NCBI GenBank assembly: GCA_964389205.1
Contig: CAYMDH010000003.1
Span: forward strand, 55,702-119,701
DNA length: 64,000 nt
Direction: 5' to 3'
From: an uncultured Flavobacteriaceae bacterium
GTDB taxonomy: Bacteria; Bacteroidota; Bacteroidia; Flavobacteriales; Flavobacteriaceae
Positions 29,077 through 40,287 of the stretch are shown here, piece by piece. The notes beneath the pieces are model-generated. The model was not told where the DNA came from, ran no database searches, and saw only the letters and a list, made by a program, of their open reading frames with translations. The position numbers were made by a program, and so were the translations under genes. Numbering within the stretch: position 1 is the first letter of the stretch; the number at the start of each line of letters is the position of its first letter.

Positions 29077-30477
29077 TTATTTTTTGAGTGCTCCTACCAT
29101 AGCTGAAGGTTTTACCCATTGGTCATACTCTTCTGCAGTAACATATCTTAAATTAACGGCTTCTTCTTTTAAAGTAGTTCCGTTCTTATGTGCAGTATTT
29201 GCTATTTCGGCAGCTTTATAATATCCGATTTTTGTATTTAAAGCAGTAACCAACATTAGAGAATTATTTAATAATTCTTCAATGCGTTTATGGTTAGGTT
29301 CAATGCCAGAAACACAATGCTCTTCAAAAGAAACACAGGCATCACCTATTAATTGTGCAGACTGTATTAGGTTGGCAGCCATAACAGGTTTGAAAACATT
29401 TAATTCATAATGACCTTGGGTACCACCAACAGTTATAGCGACATCATTTCCAATTACTTGTGCGCAAACCATGGTTATTGCTTCTGCTTGTGTTGGGTTT
29501 ACTTTTCCAGGCATGATAGAACTTCCAGGTTCATTTGCAGGAATAATAATTTCACCAATTCCACTTCTAGGTCCAGAGGCCATTAAACGAATATCATTTG
29601 CTATTTTATTTAATGAAACGGCCAATTGTTTTAAAGCAGCATGAGATTCTACTATAGCATCATGCGCAGCCAAAGCTTCAAATTTATTTTCAGCGGTTAT
29701 AAATGGAAATCCAGAAAAATCAGCTATATACTTAGCGACCATCGTATCATATCCTGTAGGAGTATTTAAACCCGTTCCAACAGCTGTTCCTCCCAATGCT
29801 AATTCAGAAAGGTGATTTAGAGAATACTTTAATGTTTTTAAACCGTGATCTAATTGTGATACATATCCAGAAAACTCCTGGCCTAATGTTAATGGGGTAG
29901 CATCCATTAAATGAGTTCTACCAATTTTCACGACATCTTTAAACGCTTCAGATTTTTTTTGAAATGTATCTCTTAATTTTGTGATACCAGGTATAGTAAT
30001 CTCTACAATTTTTCTATAAGCAGCAATATGCATGCTCGTTGGAAATGTATCATTAGACGATTGCGATTTATTAACATCATCATTGGGTTGGATTGTTTTT
30101 TCTCCTTCTCCTATAGTTTTTCCCGCCAATTGATGTGCTCTGTTAGCAATAACTTCATTTACATTCATATTGCTTTGCGTACCAGAACCTGTTTGCCATA
30201 TGACCAATGGAAATTGATCGTCGTGCTTTCCTTCTAAAATTTCATCACACACTTGAGCAATAAAATCTCTTTTTTCAATTGCTAAAACTCCTAATTCACA
30301 ATTTGTGTAAGCAGCAGCTTTTTTTAAATATGCAAAACCATGAATAATTTCGATGGGCATAGAAGCTAAAGGACCTATTTTAAAATTATTCCTAGAGCGT
30401 TCTGTTTGCGCTCCCCATAATTTATCTGCGGGAACCTTTACTTCTCCCATCGTATCTTTTTCAATTCTATATTCCAT
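29077..30477 (-). CDS. fumC: class II fumarate hydratase
   Basis: 466 aa with the [13 protein letters not shown] signature loop and typical FumC N-terminus ([16 protein letters not shown]...LWGAQT.RS). Confidence 0.95.
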   Translation of the reverse strand: MEYRIEKDTMGEVKVPADKLWGAQTERSRNNFKIGPLASMPIEIIHGFAYLKKAAAYTNCELGVLAIEKRDFIAQVCDEILEGKHDDQFPLVIWQTGSGTQSNMNVNEVIANRAHQLAGKTIGEGEKTIQPNDDVNKSQSSNDTFPTSMHIAAYRKIVEITIPGITKLRDTFQKKSEAFKDVVKIGRTHLMDATPLTLGQEFSGYVSQLDHGLKTLKYSLNHLSELALGGTAVGTGLNTPTGYDTMVAKYIADFSGFPFITAENKFEALAAHDAIVESHAALKQLAVSLNKIANDIRLMASGPRSGIGEIIIPANEPGSSIMPGKVNPTQAEAITMVCAQVIGNDVAITVGGTQGHYELNVFKPVMAANLIQSAQLIGDACVSFEEHCVSGIEPNHKRIEELLNNSLMLVTALNTKIGYYKAAEIANTAHKNGTTLKEEAVNLRYVTAEEYDQWVKPSAMVGALKK

Positions 30478-30675
30478 TACTGTTTTTGATTTTTTAACAT
30501 TACAAATTTAATGCTTTGTCGTTTATATTTTCTAGCCTTTACTTATTTTTTAGATATCTACAGGTGTATTACTAATAAATGAGTAAGAAGAAAAGTCTAA
30601 AAATCACAAATTCATTTGTGAAATATAGATTTTATAAAGTATCTTTGAACTCGGATTTAAAAATCTCCGGAAATT

Positions 30676-30849
30676 ATGTTTGATTTTGATCAATATTTAG
30701 GTTTTATAGCATTTTTAACAATTTTGACCATTGGATTTTGGCTAATGATCTTTCTACTTACATTTATTGTTCCTTATTGGGTAGGAGGTTCGCTAATTGA
30801 GATGCTCAAAGAAAAAAGAGAAGCTAAAAAAGCTAAACGAAACGAATAA
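30676..30849 (+). CDS. small (57 aa) membrane protein, not in the ORF track
   Basis: Hand translation: MFDFDQYLGFIAFLTILTIGFWLMIFLLTFIVPYWVGGSLIEMLKEKREAKKAKRNE. It has two hydrophobic segments and a basic tail. Confidence 0.35.
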   Translation: MFDFDQYLGFIAFLTILTIGFWLMIFLLTFIVPYWVGGSLIEMLKEKREAKKAKRNE

Positions 30850-30896
30850 AAAAAGACGCCTTAATGGCTTCTTTTTTTATGCCCAATAACGTTTCT

Positions 30897-33392
30897 CTAA
30901 GGAGTGCCAAATTCTTCATCACCACCATCATTGTTTTGTTGTGACCCTCTATTTCTCCGTTGTGAATCTCTTTTGCTTTGGTTAAACCTATACGTGAAAG
31001 TTAAAGTTGCTTGTGTTTGTCTAAATTGAAATTCGCTATCAATAAAATTAAACTCAGTAGTTGTTTCGCTTCTTCTTATGGCAGAGTTAAAAACGTCACT
31101 AACGTTTAATGATAGGGTTCCTTTATCTTTTAATATATCCTTACTAAAAGCAAGATTTAATGAAAACAACCCTAATCTTTCTGATTGAGCATTTTCACTT
31201 GGTCCTCTATAGAAAAAACGAGTTTGCCAGCTTATCTTAGAGGGGAGTGTTATTGTAGAGTTTACCCTTGCAAACCAACTTATGTTGGTATTGTCAAAAT
31301 TTTGAAAGAATTCTGTACCATCATTATTTACAAAAGTAAAATCACCATCAGTTTCAGAATAGAAGAGATTAATATTTCCATTAAGTCGCCACCATTTATA
31401 AGGGTTATATGATAATGTAGCTTCTATACCATAGCGATCATTTGTAGATAGGTTTGTAGGGAATCGTATGTTAATCAAATCTCCATTATCTGTTCTTTGA
31501 TCAGGATCTGTAAATGTAATAAATTGAAATACATCGGTAGATCTTTGATAAAATATAGATCCATTTAATGTAAATTCCTTCCAACGTTTGATATAACTAA
31601 AATCGAGTGCATTTGTAAAAGCAGGTTGAATGTCTGGATTTCCTTGAAATAGATTAGATTCACTGCTTCTAGACGGGAAAGGATTTATAAAACGTGATCT
31701 GGGCCTTCTTATTCGTCTATTAAATCCTAATGTAATACTAGTTTTTTCGTCAAACTCATAGCCTAAGTTTATGGTAGGAAAAAGACTTGTGTAATTTTGC
31801 GTAGAAATATCGTTAGTAGTTACCTGATCAACAACAACATTTGTAATTTCAGTACGTAAGCCTAGTAAATAAGAAAATTTACCTGTTTTGCTTCCAAATT
31901 GAGAATAAAAGGCATTGACATCTTCATCATAAATCAATCGATTGGACAGATTGAGATCTCTATCTAATATACCTGTGTTAATATTTAAAGTATCTACACT
32001 AAAATCTGTATCCAACTCTCTGAAATTACCTCTATAACCTGCTTCAAATTGACTTTCTTTCCCAATAGGTAGTACATAATCAACTTGAAGAAGAAGTCTA
32101 TCTTGTTCTTCTAAGGTAGTTACGTTTTCTAATTCATCGGGAGTATTAGCAATAAATTCTTCCTCAGTAATTATTGAAAACTCATCTTCGGTGCTTTTTT
32201 CAGTTTGAAAATCTACAGTAAGCTTATGACCTTCCTTTTTGAAGTTTTGTATATAATTAAACGAATACTGAAAAGTTTCATCATCTTCGTCTTCGTCATC
32301 AATTCTTAAACTCCGGCTTGTTAAAGTTCTATTTGGATCAAATCGTAACGTATTATTATCTGTAAGTGACCCGTTATCACTATTTCTATACAATACTGAA
32401 TTTGTAATTGTAATTTTGTCGGAAAGAAAGTATTCGAAACCAAAGTTGGTATTAAACCCATTTCTAGTTCTGTCAAAATCTCTATCTTCTTCTATAAAAC
32501 GATTGTCACTAAAAAAATTTTCTGAGTTGTTTTCTGCATTACTGGGAATTTCTCTATAATTATATCCGGATGTATTAAAAAGATTAAAGTTTTTAGTTCT
32601 GTAATTTAAATTTATAGAAACTCTATGATTATCAGGAATTCCTGTACTGGCAGAAATAGATCCGTTAAGCCCTTTTGCTTTTCCTCTCTTAAGAATGATA
32701 TTTAAAATACCTGCAGTCCCTTCTGCATCGTAACGTGCAGATGGAGATGTGATTACCTCTACTTTCTCAATAGCATCAGCTGGGAGTTGGCGTAAAACTT
32801 CTGTAGAGCTTAAACCTACCAAACCAGAAGGTTTCCCATTGATTAGAATACGAACGTTATCATTTCCTCTTAACGAAATATTACCTTCTACATCTACAGA
32901 TACTGAAGGAACATTATCCAAAACATCTGTAACAGTACCACCTCTAACTGTGAGATCTTTCCCTACATTATAGATTTTTTTATCTAACCTAATTTCTACT
33001 TGAGAACGTTCTGCAATAACTTCGACGCCTTCTAAAGCAGCAACATCAATTTCAAGAGAAAAACGACCTAAATCTGTAGAGGTTCTAATTTGTTTTGCTT
33101 TAACCTCAATAGATTTAAAGGTTATATATTCTATTTTTATATCATAAGGACCTGGAAATATTTCAATTTCAAAAAAACCTTTTTCATCGGTAATGGCTCC
33201 GGTTAGTATTTTTGTTCTTCGAGTGTGTTGCAGGCTAATAGTTGCATATTCTAACGGCGTATTTGTTTCTTTATCGATTACCTGACCGCTTACTTTTATT
33301 TTGGATATGTTGGGACGTTGTTGCGCATTACTTTGGATAATAGTTCCTATTATTACCAAAAAAGTATAAATGCTTTTTTTCATTAATAGCAA
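30897..33392 (-). CDS. TonB-dependent outer-membrane receptor-like beta-barrel protein (CarboxypepD_reg + plug + barrel)
   Basis: N-terminus has VSGQVIDKETNTPLEYATI and plug motifs (VPSVSVD.EGNISLRG, ILINGKP, IEKVEVITSPSARYDAEG). A long barrel ends in TFTYRF, followed by a 28-aa charged extension. Confidence 0.8.
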   Translation of the reverse strand: MLLMKKSIYTFLVIIGTIIQSNAQQRPNISKIKVSGQVIDKETNTPLEYATISLQHTRRTKILTGAITDEKGFFEIEIFPGPYDIKIEYITFKSIEVKAKQIRTSTDLGRFSLEIDVAALEGVEVIAERSQVEIRLDKKIYNVGKDLTVRGGTVTDVLDNVPSVSVDVEGNISLRGNDNVRILINGKPSGLVGLSSTEVLRQLPADAIEKVEVITSPSARYDAEGTAGILNIILKRGKAKGLNGSISASTGIPDNHRVSINLNYRTKNFNLFNTSGYNYREIPSNAENNSENFFSDNRFIEEDRDFDRTRNGFNTNFGFEYFLSDKITITNSVLYRNSDNGSLTDNNTLRFDPNRTLTSRSLRIDDEDEDDETFQYSFNYIQNFKKEGHKLTVDFQTEKSTEDEFSIITEEEFIANTPDELENVTTLEEQDRLLLQVDYVLPIGKESQFEAGYRGNFRELDTDFSVDTLNINTGILDRDLNLSNRLIYDEDVNAFYSQFGSKTGKFSYLLGLRTEITNVVVDQVTTNDISTQNYTSLFPTINLGYEFDEKTSITLGFNRRIRRPRSRFINPFPSRSSESNLFQGNPDIQPAFTNALDFSYIKRWKEFTLNGSIFYQRSTDVFQFITFTDPDQRTDNGDLINIRFPTNLSTNDRYGIEATLSYNPYKWWRLNGNINLFYSETDGDFTFVNNDGTEFFQNFDNTNISWFARVNSTITLPSKISWQTRFFYRGPSENAQSERLGLFSLNLAFSKDILKDKGTLSLNVSDVFNSAIRRSETTTEFNFIDSEFQFRQTQATLTFTYRFNQSKRDSQRRNRGSQQNNDGGDEEFGTP

Positions 33393-33537
33393 TTTTTAAA
33401 AGTATTATGTAATTAACTACATTAACTTTTTTAGAGCGCTAAATTAAACGAAGGTTTAACCTCGAAAGGTTAAATGTTTGTTAAATGAAAATTTGTAATA
33501 GTAAACTACAGTAATACACTTTGAGATAAGATGTATT

Positions 33538-33969
33538 TTAAAATCCTCTGCCACGTGTTAACTGCTTGTATTTTCTTCTGGATTCAAAATCTGGGCGAAC
33601 ATTTTTTCGCTTTTTACTGTCTTTCTTTTCTAATTTTTCTAATTTTTCCACCTGTTCTTCAGAAAGAAATTGAGAAAGTTCTTGCTTTCTAGCTTGTTTG
33701 ATTTCTTTAATGAGATCTGCTTTTTGTCTTATAGGTAATTCTTTCCTATGAACTTCTAATGCTTTTATTCCATATTTTGTCATTGTATTGGTTAATATAG
33801 CTAGTTGTAGCTTATCTAACCCTATTTTTTCTGCATAAACTGCAGCCTTTTCTTGCATGATTTTTTCGACATCGTTTTCATTAATAGATAAACTATTCCC
33901 TTGCTGTGCATTTATAAACATAACAGTAAATGAGAATAAAAAAACGAAAATGATCTTTATGTGTTTCAT
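33538..33969 (-). CDS. hypothetical secreted helical protein
   Basis: Signal peptide and K/E-rich helices. Its start overlaps the upstream stop by 1 nt (TAATG). Confidence 0.45.
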   Translation of the reverse strand: MKHIKIIFVFLFSFTVMFINAQQGNSLSINENDVEKIMQEKAAVYAEKIGLDKLQLAILTNTMTKYGIKALEVHRKELPIRQKADLIKEIKQARKQELSQFLSEEQVEKLEKLEKKDSKKRKNVRPDFESRRKYKQLTRGRGF

Positions 33970-34310
33970 TAGATAATAGTTTTTATGATTTCAGGAGGTC
34001 TCCCTACCACTGCTTTATTTCCATTAATTACTATAGGCCTTTCGATGAGTTTTGGATGTTCTACCATAATTTTGATAAGTTCATTGTCACTCAAGCGTTT
34101 CCCTTTATAGTGTTCTTTCCAAATGATTTCATTTTTTCTGACCAACTGTTCGGGTTTAATCTGAAGTAAAGATACAATTTCTTTAATTTCAGCTTCTGTG
34201 GGTATTGTTTTTAAATATTCCACGATTTCATATTCGCTTTTTGATTTTTCTAAAATGCCAAGCCCTTCTCTAGACTTACTACACCTTGGATTGTGATATA
34301 TTTTAATCAT
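33969..34310 (-). CDS. ArsC/Spx/MgsR family protein (glutaredoxin-type arsenate reductase-like)
   Basis: MIKIYHNPRCSKSR N-terminal motif, IERPIV, 113 aa. Confidence 0.8.
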   Translation of the reverse strand: MIKIYHNPRCSKSREGLGILEKSKSEYEIVEYLKTIPTEAEIKEIVSLLQIKPEQLVRKNEIIWKEHYKGKRLSDNELIKIMVEHPKLIERPIVINGNKAVVGRPPEIIKTII

Positions 34311-34317
34311 AGATTTA

Positions 34318-34935
34318 TTATAAGGAAATATTATATTCTTTTAATTTTTCAATAAGATTTTTAGGAGATGTAAAATGAATGCCTTGAATACCAAGGTCAT
34401 TTGCACCCTTTATATTTCTGAGATTGCCATCAATAAATACTGTATTTTCAGGATTAATTTTAAACCTATTAATAGTAAGTTCATAAATATCTCGAAAAGG
34501 TTTTCTTGTTTTTTCGGTACCTGAAACTACAATGTCTTTAAACCAATGTAAAAAATCAAAACGCTCTAATGCAATAGGAAATGTTTCAGCACTCCAATTG
34601 GTAAGTGCATAAACCTCATAGTTAGATTGATTGATGAGTGATTTCAATATGTCGACAGTTTCATCAATAGCGCCACCAAGCATTTCTTCCCAGCGTCCAT
34701 AATAACTTTTAATTAACTCTTCGTGTTCTGGGAAAAGTGCTATTCTCTCTTTTGTAGCCACTGCTAATGATTTTCCAGCATCCTGTTCTTCGTTCCAATC
34801 TGAAGTACAAACAGTATTAAAAAACCATTGCATTTTTTCGCGATCTCCTTCAAATATATCTAAATAAACATATTCAGGATTCCAATCAATTAAAACTCCT
34901 CCCAGATCGAATATAATAGTATTTATTTTTTTCAA
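34318..34935 (-). CDS. HAD family hydrolase
   Basis: Motif I (IIFDLGGVL), motif II (LTNW) and motif III-like (K...FIDGN). Confidence 0.8.
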   Translation of the reverse strand: MKKINTIIFDLGGVLIDWNPEYVYLDIFEGDREKMQWFFNTVCTSDWNEEQDAGKSLAVATKERIALFPEHEELIKSYYGRWEEMLGGAIDETVDILKSLINQSNYEVYALTNWSAETFPIALERFDFLHWFKDIVVSGTEKTRKPFRDIYELTINRFKINPENTVFIDGNLRNIKGANDLGIQGIHFTSPKNLIEKLKEYNISL

Positions 34936-34972
34936 AATAATATTTTGTTTAATAATTTAGTTCGCTAACCGC

Positions 34973-36071
34973 TCAATCTTCACCTTTCTGCCCCATCATC
35001 ATAAGAAAGGCTTTTAGAAATTCGTCTATGTTACCATTCATTACTGCATCCACATTACCAGTTTCATGTGCAGTTCTAACATCTTTTACTAATTTGTATG
35101 GATGCATAACATAATTTCGTATTTGTGAACCCCATTCAATTTTCATTTTGGAAGATTCAATTTCATCACGTGCCGCTTGTTGTTTTCGCAATTCAATTTC
35201 ATATAACTGAGATTTAAGCATTTGCATTGCTTTCTCTCTATTTTCTAATTGCGATCGAGTTTCAGAATTATGGATTATAATTCCTGAAGGATGATGTGTT
35301 AAAATAGCTTTGGTCTCAACTTTATTTACGTTTTGACCTCCAGCACCACTTGATCGGGCAAAATCCCACGAAATATGTGCCGGATTTATATCTATTTCTA
35401 TACTGTCATCTGCTAGAGGATATACATACACAGAAGCAAATGAAGTATGTCTTTTAGCATTGCTATCAAAAGGGGAAATACGTACTAATCTATGAACGCC
35501 ATTTTCTCCTTTTAGATACCCAAAAGCAAATTCTCCTTCAATTTCTAGTGTTACTGTTTTTATACCCGCAACATCTCCTTCTTGGAAATTAAGTTCTTTA
35601 ACTTTATATCCATTTTTTTCACTCCACATCATATACATACGCATGAGCATAGCTGCCCAATCACAACTTTCTGTACCTCCAGCTCCAGCAGTTACTTGTA
35701 AAACGGCACTCATTTGATCGCCTTCTTCAGAAAGCATATTTCTAAATTCTATGTTTTCAAGATGTTCAATGGTTTTTGTAAAATGTATTTCTACTTCCCC
35801 TAATGAAGTTTCTCCTTCTTTATAAAATTCAAAAAGTACTTCTAGATCACTAATTAAAGATTTTGATTGTTCATAATCTTCAACCCACTTTTTTTTACTT
35901 CGAAGCGATTTCATGAAAATTTCAGCCTCTTTGGGCTTATTCCAAAAATCTGGAGCAAAAGTTTTTTCTTCTTCGTTGGTGATTTCTATTAATTTGGCAT
36001 CAATGTCAAAGATACCTCCTTAACGCACCAAGACGCTCAAAAAGATCCTTTATTTGATCAGATGTTATCAT
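34973..36071 (-). CDS. prfB: peptide chain release factor 2, expressed through a programmed +1 frameshift
   Basis: ORF0 (ATG at 36071) encodes MITSDQIKDLFERLGALRRYL and stops at TGA (36008..36006). The +1 frame continues from GAC (36007) for 345 codons with SPF and GGQ motifs (RISPFDS, RSSGAGGQNVNK). Confidence 0.92.
36005..36020 (-). other. prfB +1 ribosomal frameshift site AGGAGG TAT CTT TGA C
   Basis: An internal SD-like AGGAGG lies 3 nt before the slippery CTT and the in-frame TGA followed by C. This is the same layout as the E. coli prfB site. Confidence 0.9.
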
Positions 36072-36165
36072 AAATCATTCAATTTTCAACAAAAATACTA
36101 TTTACCTAAGGGTGAAGAAACAATTTTATATAAATTTATACGCTTATCAGCTAAATAAGATACAA

Positions 36166-38574
36166 ATGCAAAAAATACTATTTCTAATTTCTGTTTTTAC
36201 ATCAATGGTAATTAATGGACAATTTTTAGAAAATAAAGAGGATCTTAAAAAATATGAAGGATTTTTCAATTTTCATTACGATCAAAAGGTAGATAAAATT
36301 TATTTGGAAGTATCATCACTGGAAAAAGAATTCTTATATGTTTATTCTTTAAGTAATGGAGTAGGAAGTAATGATATTGGATTGGATAGAGGGCAGTTAG
36401 GAAGTGAACAAGTGGTTAAATTTCAAAGAGCAGGAAACAAACTTCTTTTGGTTCAACCTAATTTAGATTATAGAGCTATTACAAATAATGAATTAGAAAG
36501 ACGCTCTGTAGAACAGGCATTTGCAAAATCTGTATTGTATGGGTTTAAAATTGAAGAAGAGAAAGATGACGTTTTTATTATAGATATTACTTCATTTTTA
36601 ATGCAAGATGTACATGGCGTTAAAAGGCGTTTAGCAGCTTTAAAGCAAGGTAATTATAATGTAGATATTTCAAAAAGTGCTTTAGCATTAGAACGCACAA
36701 AAGCATTTCCTAAAAATGTAGAATTTGAAGCATTACTTACATTTAAAGGAGAGGCAAAGGGAGGAGAAATTAGATCTGTAACACCCAATCCTGAATTGGT
36801 TACTGTATTAGAGCATCATTCTTTTATTGAATTACCAGATGCTAATTATAAGAAAAGAGCTTTTGACCCGAGAAGTGGTGCTATTTCAATCTCATATTTT
36901 GATTATGCTACTCCTGTTTTTGAACCCATACAGAAACGATATATTACAAGGCATCGGTTAGAGAAAAAAAATCCTGAAGCCAGTGTTAGTGAAGCAAAAG
37001 AACCTATTATTTATTATTTAGATAATGGAACACCAGAGCCTATTAGATCTGCACTTTTAGAAGGAGGAAAATGGTGGAATCAAGCTTTTGAAGCGATTGG
37101 ATATAAAGACGCTTTTCAAGTGAAAATATTACCAGATGATGCAGATCCTTTAGATGTTAGATACAATGTTATTCAATGGGTGCATCGCTCTACTCGTGGT
37201 TGGAGTTATGGAGGGAGTATTACAGACCCCAGAACAGGTGAAATTTTAAAAGGACATGTAAGTTTGGGAAGTTTAAGAATTAGACAAGACTTTCTAATAG
37301 CACAGGCATTAATGAATAAACCTTTTGCAAAAAGGGACGACAATTATCAACCTATGTTAGAATTGGCCTTAGCTAGAATTCGTCAGTTATCTGCTCATGA
37401 AATTGGACATACTATAGGGTTTGCTCATAATTTTGCAGCAAGCATTAGTGATAGAGCATCTGTAATGGATTATCCGCATCCTAGATTTAGTATTAAAAAT
37501 GGAGAAGTAGACTTTAGCGATGCTTATGACACCAAAATAGGAGAATGGGATAAGGTGACAGTAGCTTATTCTTATACAGAATTTCCTAAAAATACTAATG
37601 AAAAAAAAGCGCTCAATAAAATTTTAAAAGAAGCTCAAGATAGAGGTTTGCGGTTTATCTCAGATAGTGATGCTAGACCGCAAGGTGGAGCACATGCATA
37701 TGCACATTTGTGGGATATTGAAAAAAATCCAATAGCGGGCTTGGAACACACTTTAAGCATTAGAGAAATAGCGATTAATAATTTTTCTAAAGATAATATT
37801 AGAAGTAATGAACCTTATGCTGTTTTAGAAGATGTTTTTGTTCCCCTTTATTTCTTTCATCGTTATCAAACAGAAGCAGCTGTTAAAGTTATTGGAGGGT
37901 TAGATTATAATTATGCCATTAAAGGAGATGGGCAATTAATTCGTAAAGTAGTAGATATAAAAACTCAGAAAAAAGCATTAGATGCAATTTTAAAAACACT
38001 AGAGACAGATATTTTAACAATCCCAGAAGAAAAGTTGGCATTGTTTCCACCAAGGGCAATGGGATATGGAAGAACTAAAGAATCTTTTCGAAGTAACGCA
38101 GGAGTAGCATTTGACCCTATAAGTGCAGCTTCAACCGCTAGTGAAATGACATTACGCCTTTTATTAAATATTCAAAGAGCACACCGAGTTATTCAACAGA
38201 AGGCAATAGATGATAAACAATTGGGTTTGCATGAGCTTATTGATATAGTATTGTCTAAAACAATTAAATCCAAAACTAAAAAAGGATATAAAGGTGAAGT
38301 TCAAAAAGCAGTTAATTTTAATGTACTTAAATATTTAATGAATTTGTCAGCAAGTGATAAAAATGCAACGCACATTCGAGCTATTGTTAATTTTGAATTA
38401 TTAAAACTTAATACGTGGTTAAAAAGTAAAGCTGTTGATCCTATTGCCATTTCAATGAGTAAAGAGATTGATCGATTTTTAGGAAATCCTTCAGGATTTA
38501 AAACAATACCGTCTCCTAAAATTCCAGACGGTTCTCCTATAGGAACAAACATTTGTATTATAATAAAACGCTAA
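36166..38574 (+). CDS. secreted zinc-dependent metalloprotease (DUF5117/DUF4953-type)
   Basis: HEXXH motif in SAHEIGHTIGFAHNF, and MDYP downstream. The start is taken at MQKILFLISVF (signal peptide) rather than the GTG at 36112. Confidence 0.75.
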   Translation: MQKILFLISVFTSMVINGQFLENKEDLKKYEGFFNFHYDQKVDKIYLEVSSLEKEFLYVYSLSNGVGSNDIGLDRGQLGSEQVVKFQRAGNKLLLVQPNLDYRAITNNELERRSVEQAFAKSVLYGFKIEEEKDDVFIIDITSFLMQDVHGVKRRLAALKQGNYNVDISKSALALERTKAFPKNVEFEALLTFKGEAKGGEIRSVTPNPELVTVLEHHSFIELPDANYKKRAFDPRSGAISISYFDYATPVFEPIQKRYITRHRLEKKNPEASVSEAKEPIIYYLDNGTPEPIRSALLEGGKWWNQAFEAIGYKDAFQVKILPDDADPLDVRYNVIQWVHRSTRGWSYGGSITDPRTGEILKGHVSLGSLRIRQDFLIAQALMNKPFAKRDDNYQPMLELALARIRQLSAHEIGHTIGFAHNFAASISDRASVMDYPHPRFSIKNGEVDFSDAYDTKIGEWDKVTVAYSYTEFPKNTNEKKALNKILKEAQDRGLRFISDSDARPQGGAHAYAHLWDIEKNPIAGLEHTLSIREIAINNFSKDNIRSNEPYAVLEDVFVPLYFFHRYQTEAAVKVIGGLDYNYAIKGDGQLIRKVVDIKTQKKALDAILKTLETDILTIPEEKLALFPPRAMGYGRTKESFRSNAGVAFDPISAASTASEMTLRLLLNIQRAHRVIQQKAIDDKQLGLHELIDIVLSKTIKSKTKKGYKGEVQKAVNFNVLKYLMNLSASDKNATHIRAIVNFELLKLNTWLKSKAVDPIAISMSKEIDRFLGNPSGFKTIPSPKIPDGSPIGTNICIIIKR

Positions 38575-38578
38575 GCGA

Positions 38579-39619
38579 ATGAAAATAAATTTAATAAGTG
38601 ATACTACTACACGCCCAACTCCAGAAATGTTGGAGGCGATGATGCAAGCTAAAGTAGGTGATGATGTATTTAAAGAAGATGAAACAATTAATCAATTAGA
38701 AGCTAAAGTAGCTAGTTTGTTTGGGATGGAAGCTGCATTATTTTTCCCTAGCGGAACCATGGCCAATCAAACAGCTATTAAAATACATACGCAACCAGGA
38801 GATCAACTTATTTGTGATAAATATGCGCATGTGTATAATTATGAAGGGGGAGGAGTAAGTTTTAATAGTAATGCTTCCTGTAGATTGGTAGATGGAAATA
38901 GAGGGATGATGACAGCTGCGCAAGTAAAAGCAGCAATCAATCCTCCAGATTTCTATCATAGCCCGCTCACTTCTTTAGTGTGTATTGAAAATACCACAAA
39001 TAAAGGAGGAGGAGCTTGTTGGGATTTTAATGAAATTGAAAACATACGAAGTGTATGTGATCAGCACAAATTAAAATATCATTTAGATGGTGCCAGGTTG
39101 TGGAATGCACTAGTAGAAAAAGGAGAAACTACATTACAATATGGAAATGTTTTTGATACTATTTCTGTATGCTTATCTAAAGGATTAGGATGCCCTATAG
39201 GATCTGTATTGGTAGGAAGTAAATTAGATATGGATAAAGCGCTTCGCATTCGAAAAATACTAGGGGGAGGGATGCGTCAAGTAGGATATTTAGGAGCTGC
39301 TGCACTATATGCATTAGAGCATCATCTAGATCGTTTAAAAGAAGATCATCAGAGAGCTAAAGAGATAGGAAAAACACTAAAAACGTTGTCTTTTATTAAA
39401 AGTGTAGAGCCTATAGAAACTAATATTGTGATTTTTAATTTAGAAAGCGATATAGACGAACATGCTTTTCTAGATACTTTAAAAGAAAATGATATTCATA
39501 TTATAGGAATGGGTCAAGGAAAACTAAGGATGGTTACACACCTTGATTATACAGGGACAATGCATGATAGATTGCTATCAATGTTACATAAATTTAAAAT
39601 AAAAAAGGTGTTGTTTTAA
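38579..39619 (+). CDS. low-specificity threonine aldolase / GntG-family PLP-dependent aldolase
   Basis: DTTTRPT, GDDV, PSGTMANQ, and the PLP lysine context (SVCLSKGLG). Confidence 0.85.
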   Translation: MKINLISDTTTRPTPEMLEAMMQAKVGDDVFKEDETINQLEAKVASLFGMEAALFFPSGTMANQTAIKIHTQPGDQLICDKYAHVYNYEGGGVSFNSNASCRLVDGNRGMMTAAQVKAAINPPDFYHSPLTSLVCIENTTNKGGGACWDFNEIENIRSVCDQHKLKYHLDGARLWNALVEKGETTLQYGNVFDTISVCLSKGLGCPIGSVLVGSKLDMDKALRIRKILGGGMRQVGYLGAAALYALEHHLDRLKEDHQRAKEIGKTLKTLSFIKSVEPIETNIVIFNLESDIDEHAFLDTLKENDIHIIGMGQGKLRMVTHLDYTGTMHDRLLSMLHKFKIKKVLF

Positions 39620-39655
39620 CAACACCTTTTTTATTTTAAATTTATGTAACAATAA

Positions 39656-39982
39656 CTATGAGTTGTCTTTCACAGCTGCGTCAGGTGCGTTTGTTTTTAC
39701 AGAATCTATTCCATTTTCCATTCCTGCTTCTGAAGCATACATCTGGCTACTTCCAATAATTTGTCCGTTACCTGCTTTTATGTTGAAGTGAAATTTTCCA
39801 TTTGTTGCAGTCTTGCGCTCGTATTTACCGTCTTCACTACAATTATTCTTTATAGAATTGATGCCATTTTCAGCACCATTTTTATCAGCATAACCTTGAC
39901 TAGATAAAATGATTTGTCCATTTTTAGCTTTTAGGTTAAAATAAAACTTCTGATTGTTTTCGCTTTGAAATAATTCGAACAT
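39656..39982 (-). CDS. YegP family protein (two DUF1508 repeats)
   Basis: Tandem repeats FYFNLKAKNGQIILSSQGY and FHFNIKAGNGQIIGSSQMY. Confidence 0.85.
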   Translation of the reverse strand: MFELFQSENNQKFYFNLKAKNGQIILSSQGYADKNGAENGINSIKNNCSEDGKYERKTATNGKFHFNIKAGNGQIIGSSQMYASEAGMENGIDSVKTNAPDAAVKDNS

Positions 39983-40287
39983 GATTTTATTTTTTTAGTT
40001 GTCTGTAATTCTATAAAAATAAAAAATAATGTTTTAATTTTTTAAATACAATTGGTTTTTATTTTTATAGATGGAAAACTTAATTCTCATTGATATTCTT
40101 TTTTATTTATAATCTGTTTTTTTTTATGTTTTTCGTCGAATAAAAATGCTACTTTATCTATTTTTTGTATTTTAGATGTTATCAGTTAATTATTTGTTAA
40201 AAACAATACTTAATATTGACTAATTAATTGTATTTCAGGTTATTACATAATATGCTAAATATACACTAACACATTAAACAAATTAAA

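Noticed and set aside
33393-33537. A possible riboswitch or leader upstream of the TonB-dependent receptor gene.
   Set aside because: No conserved riboswitch core (cobalamin, TPP or similar) or convincing multi-stem structure was recognised by eye. An Rfam scan would be decisive.
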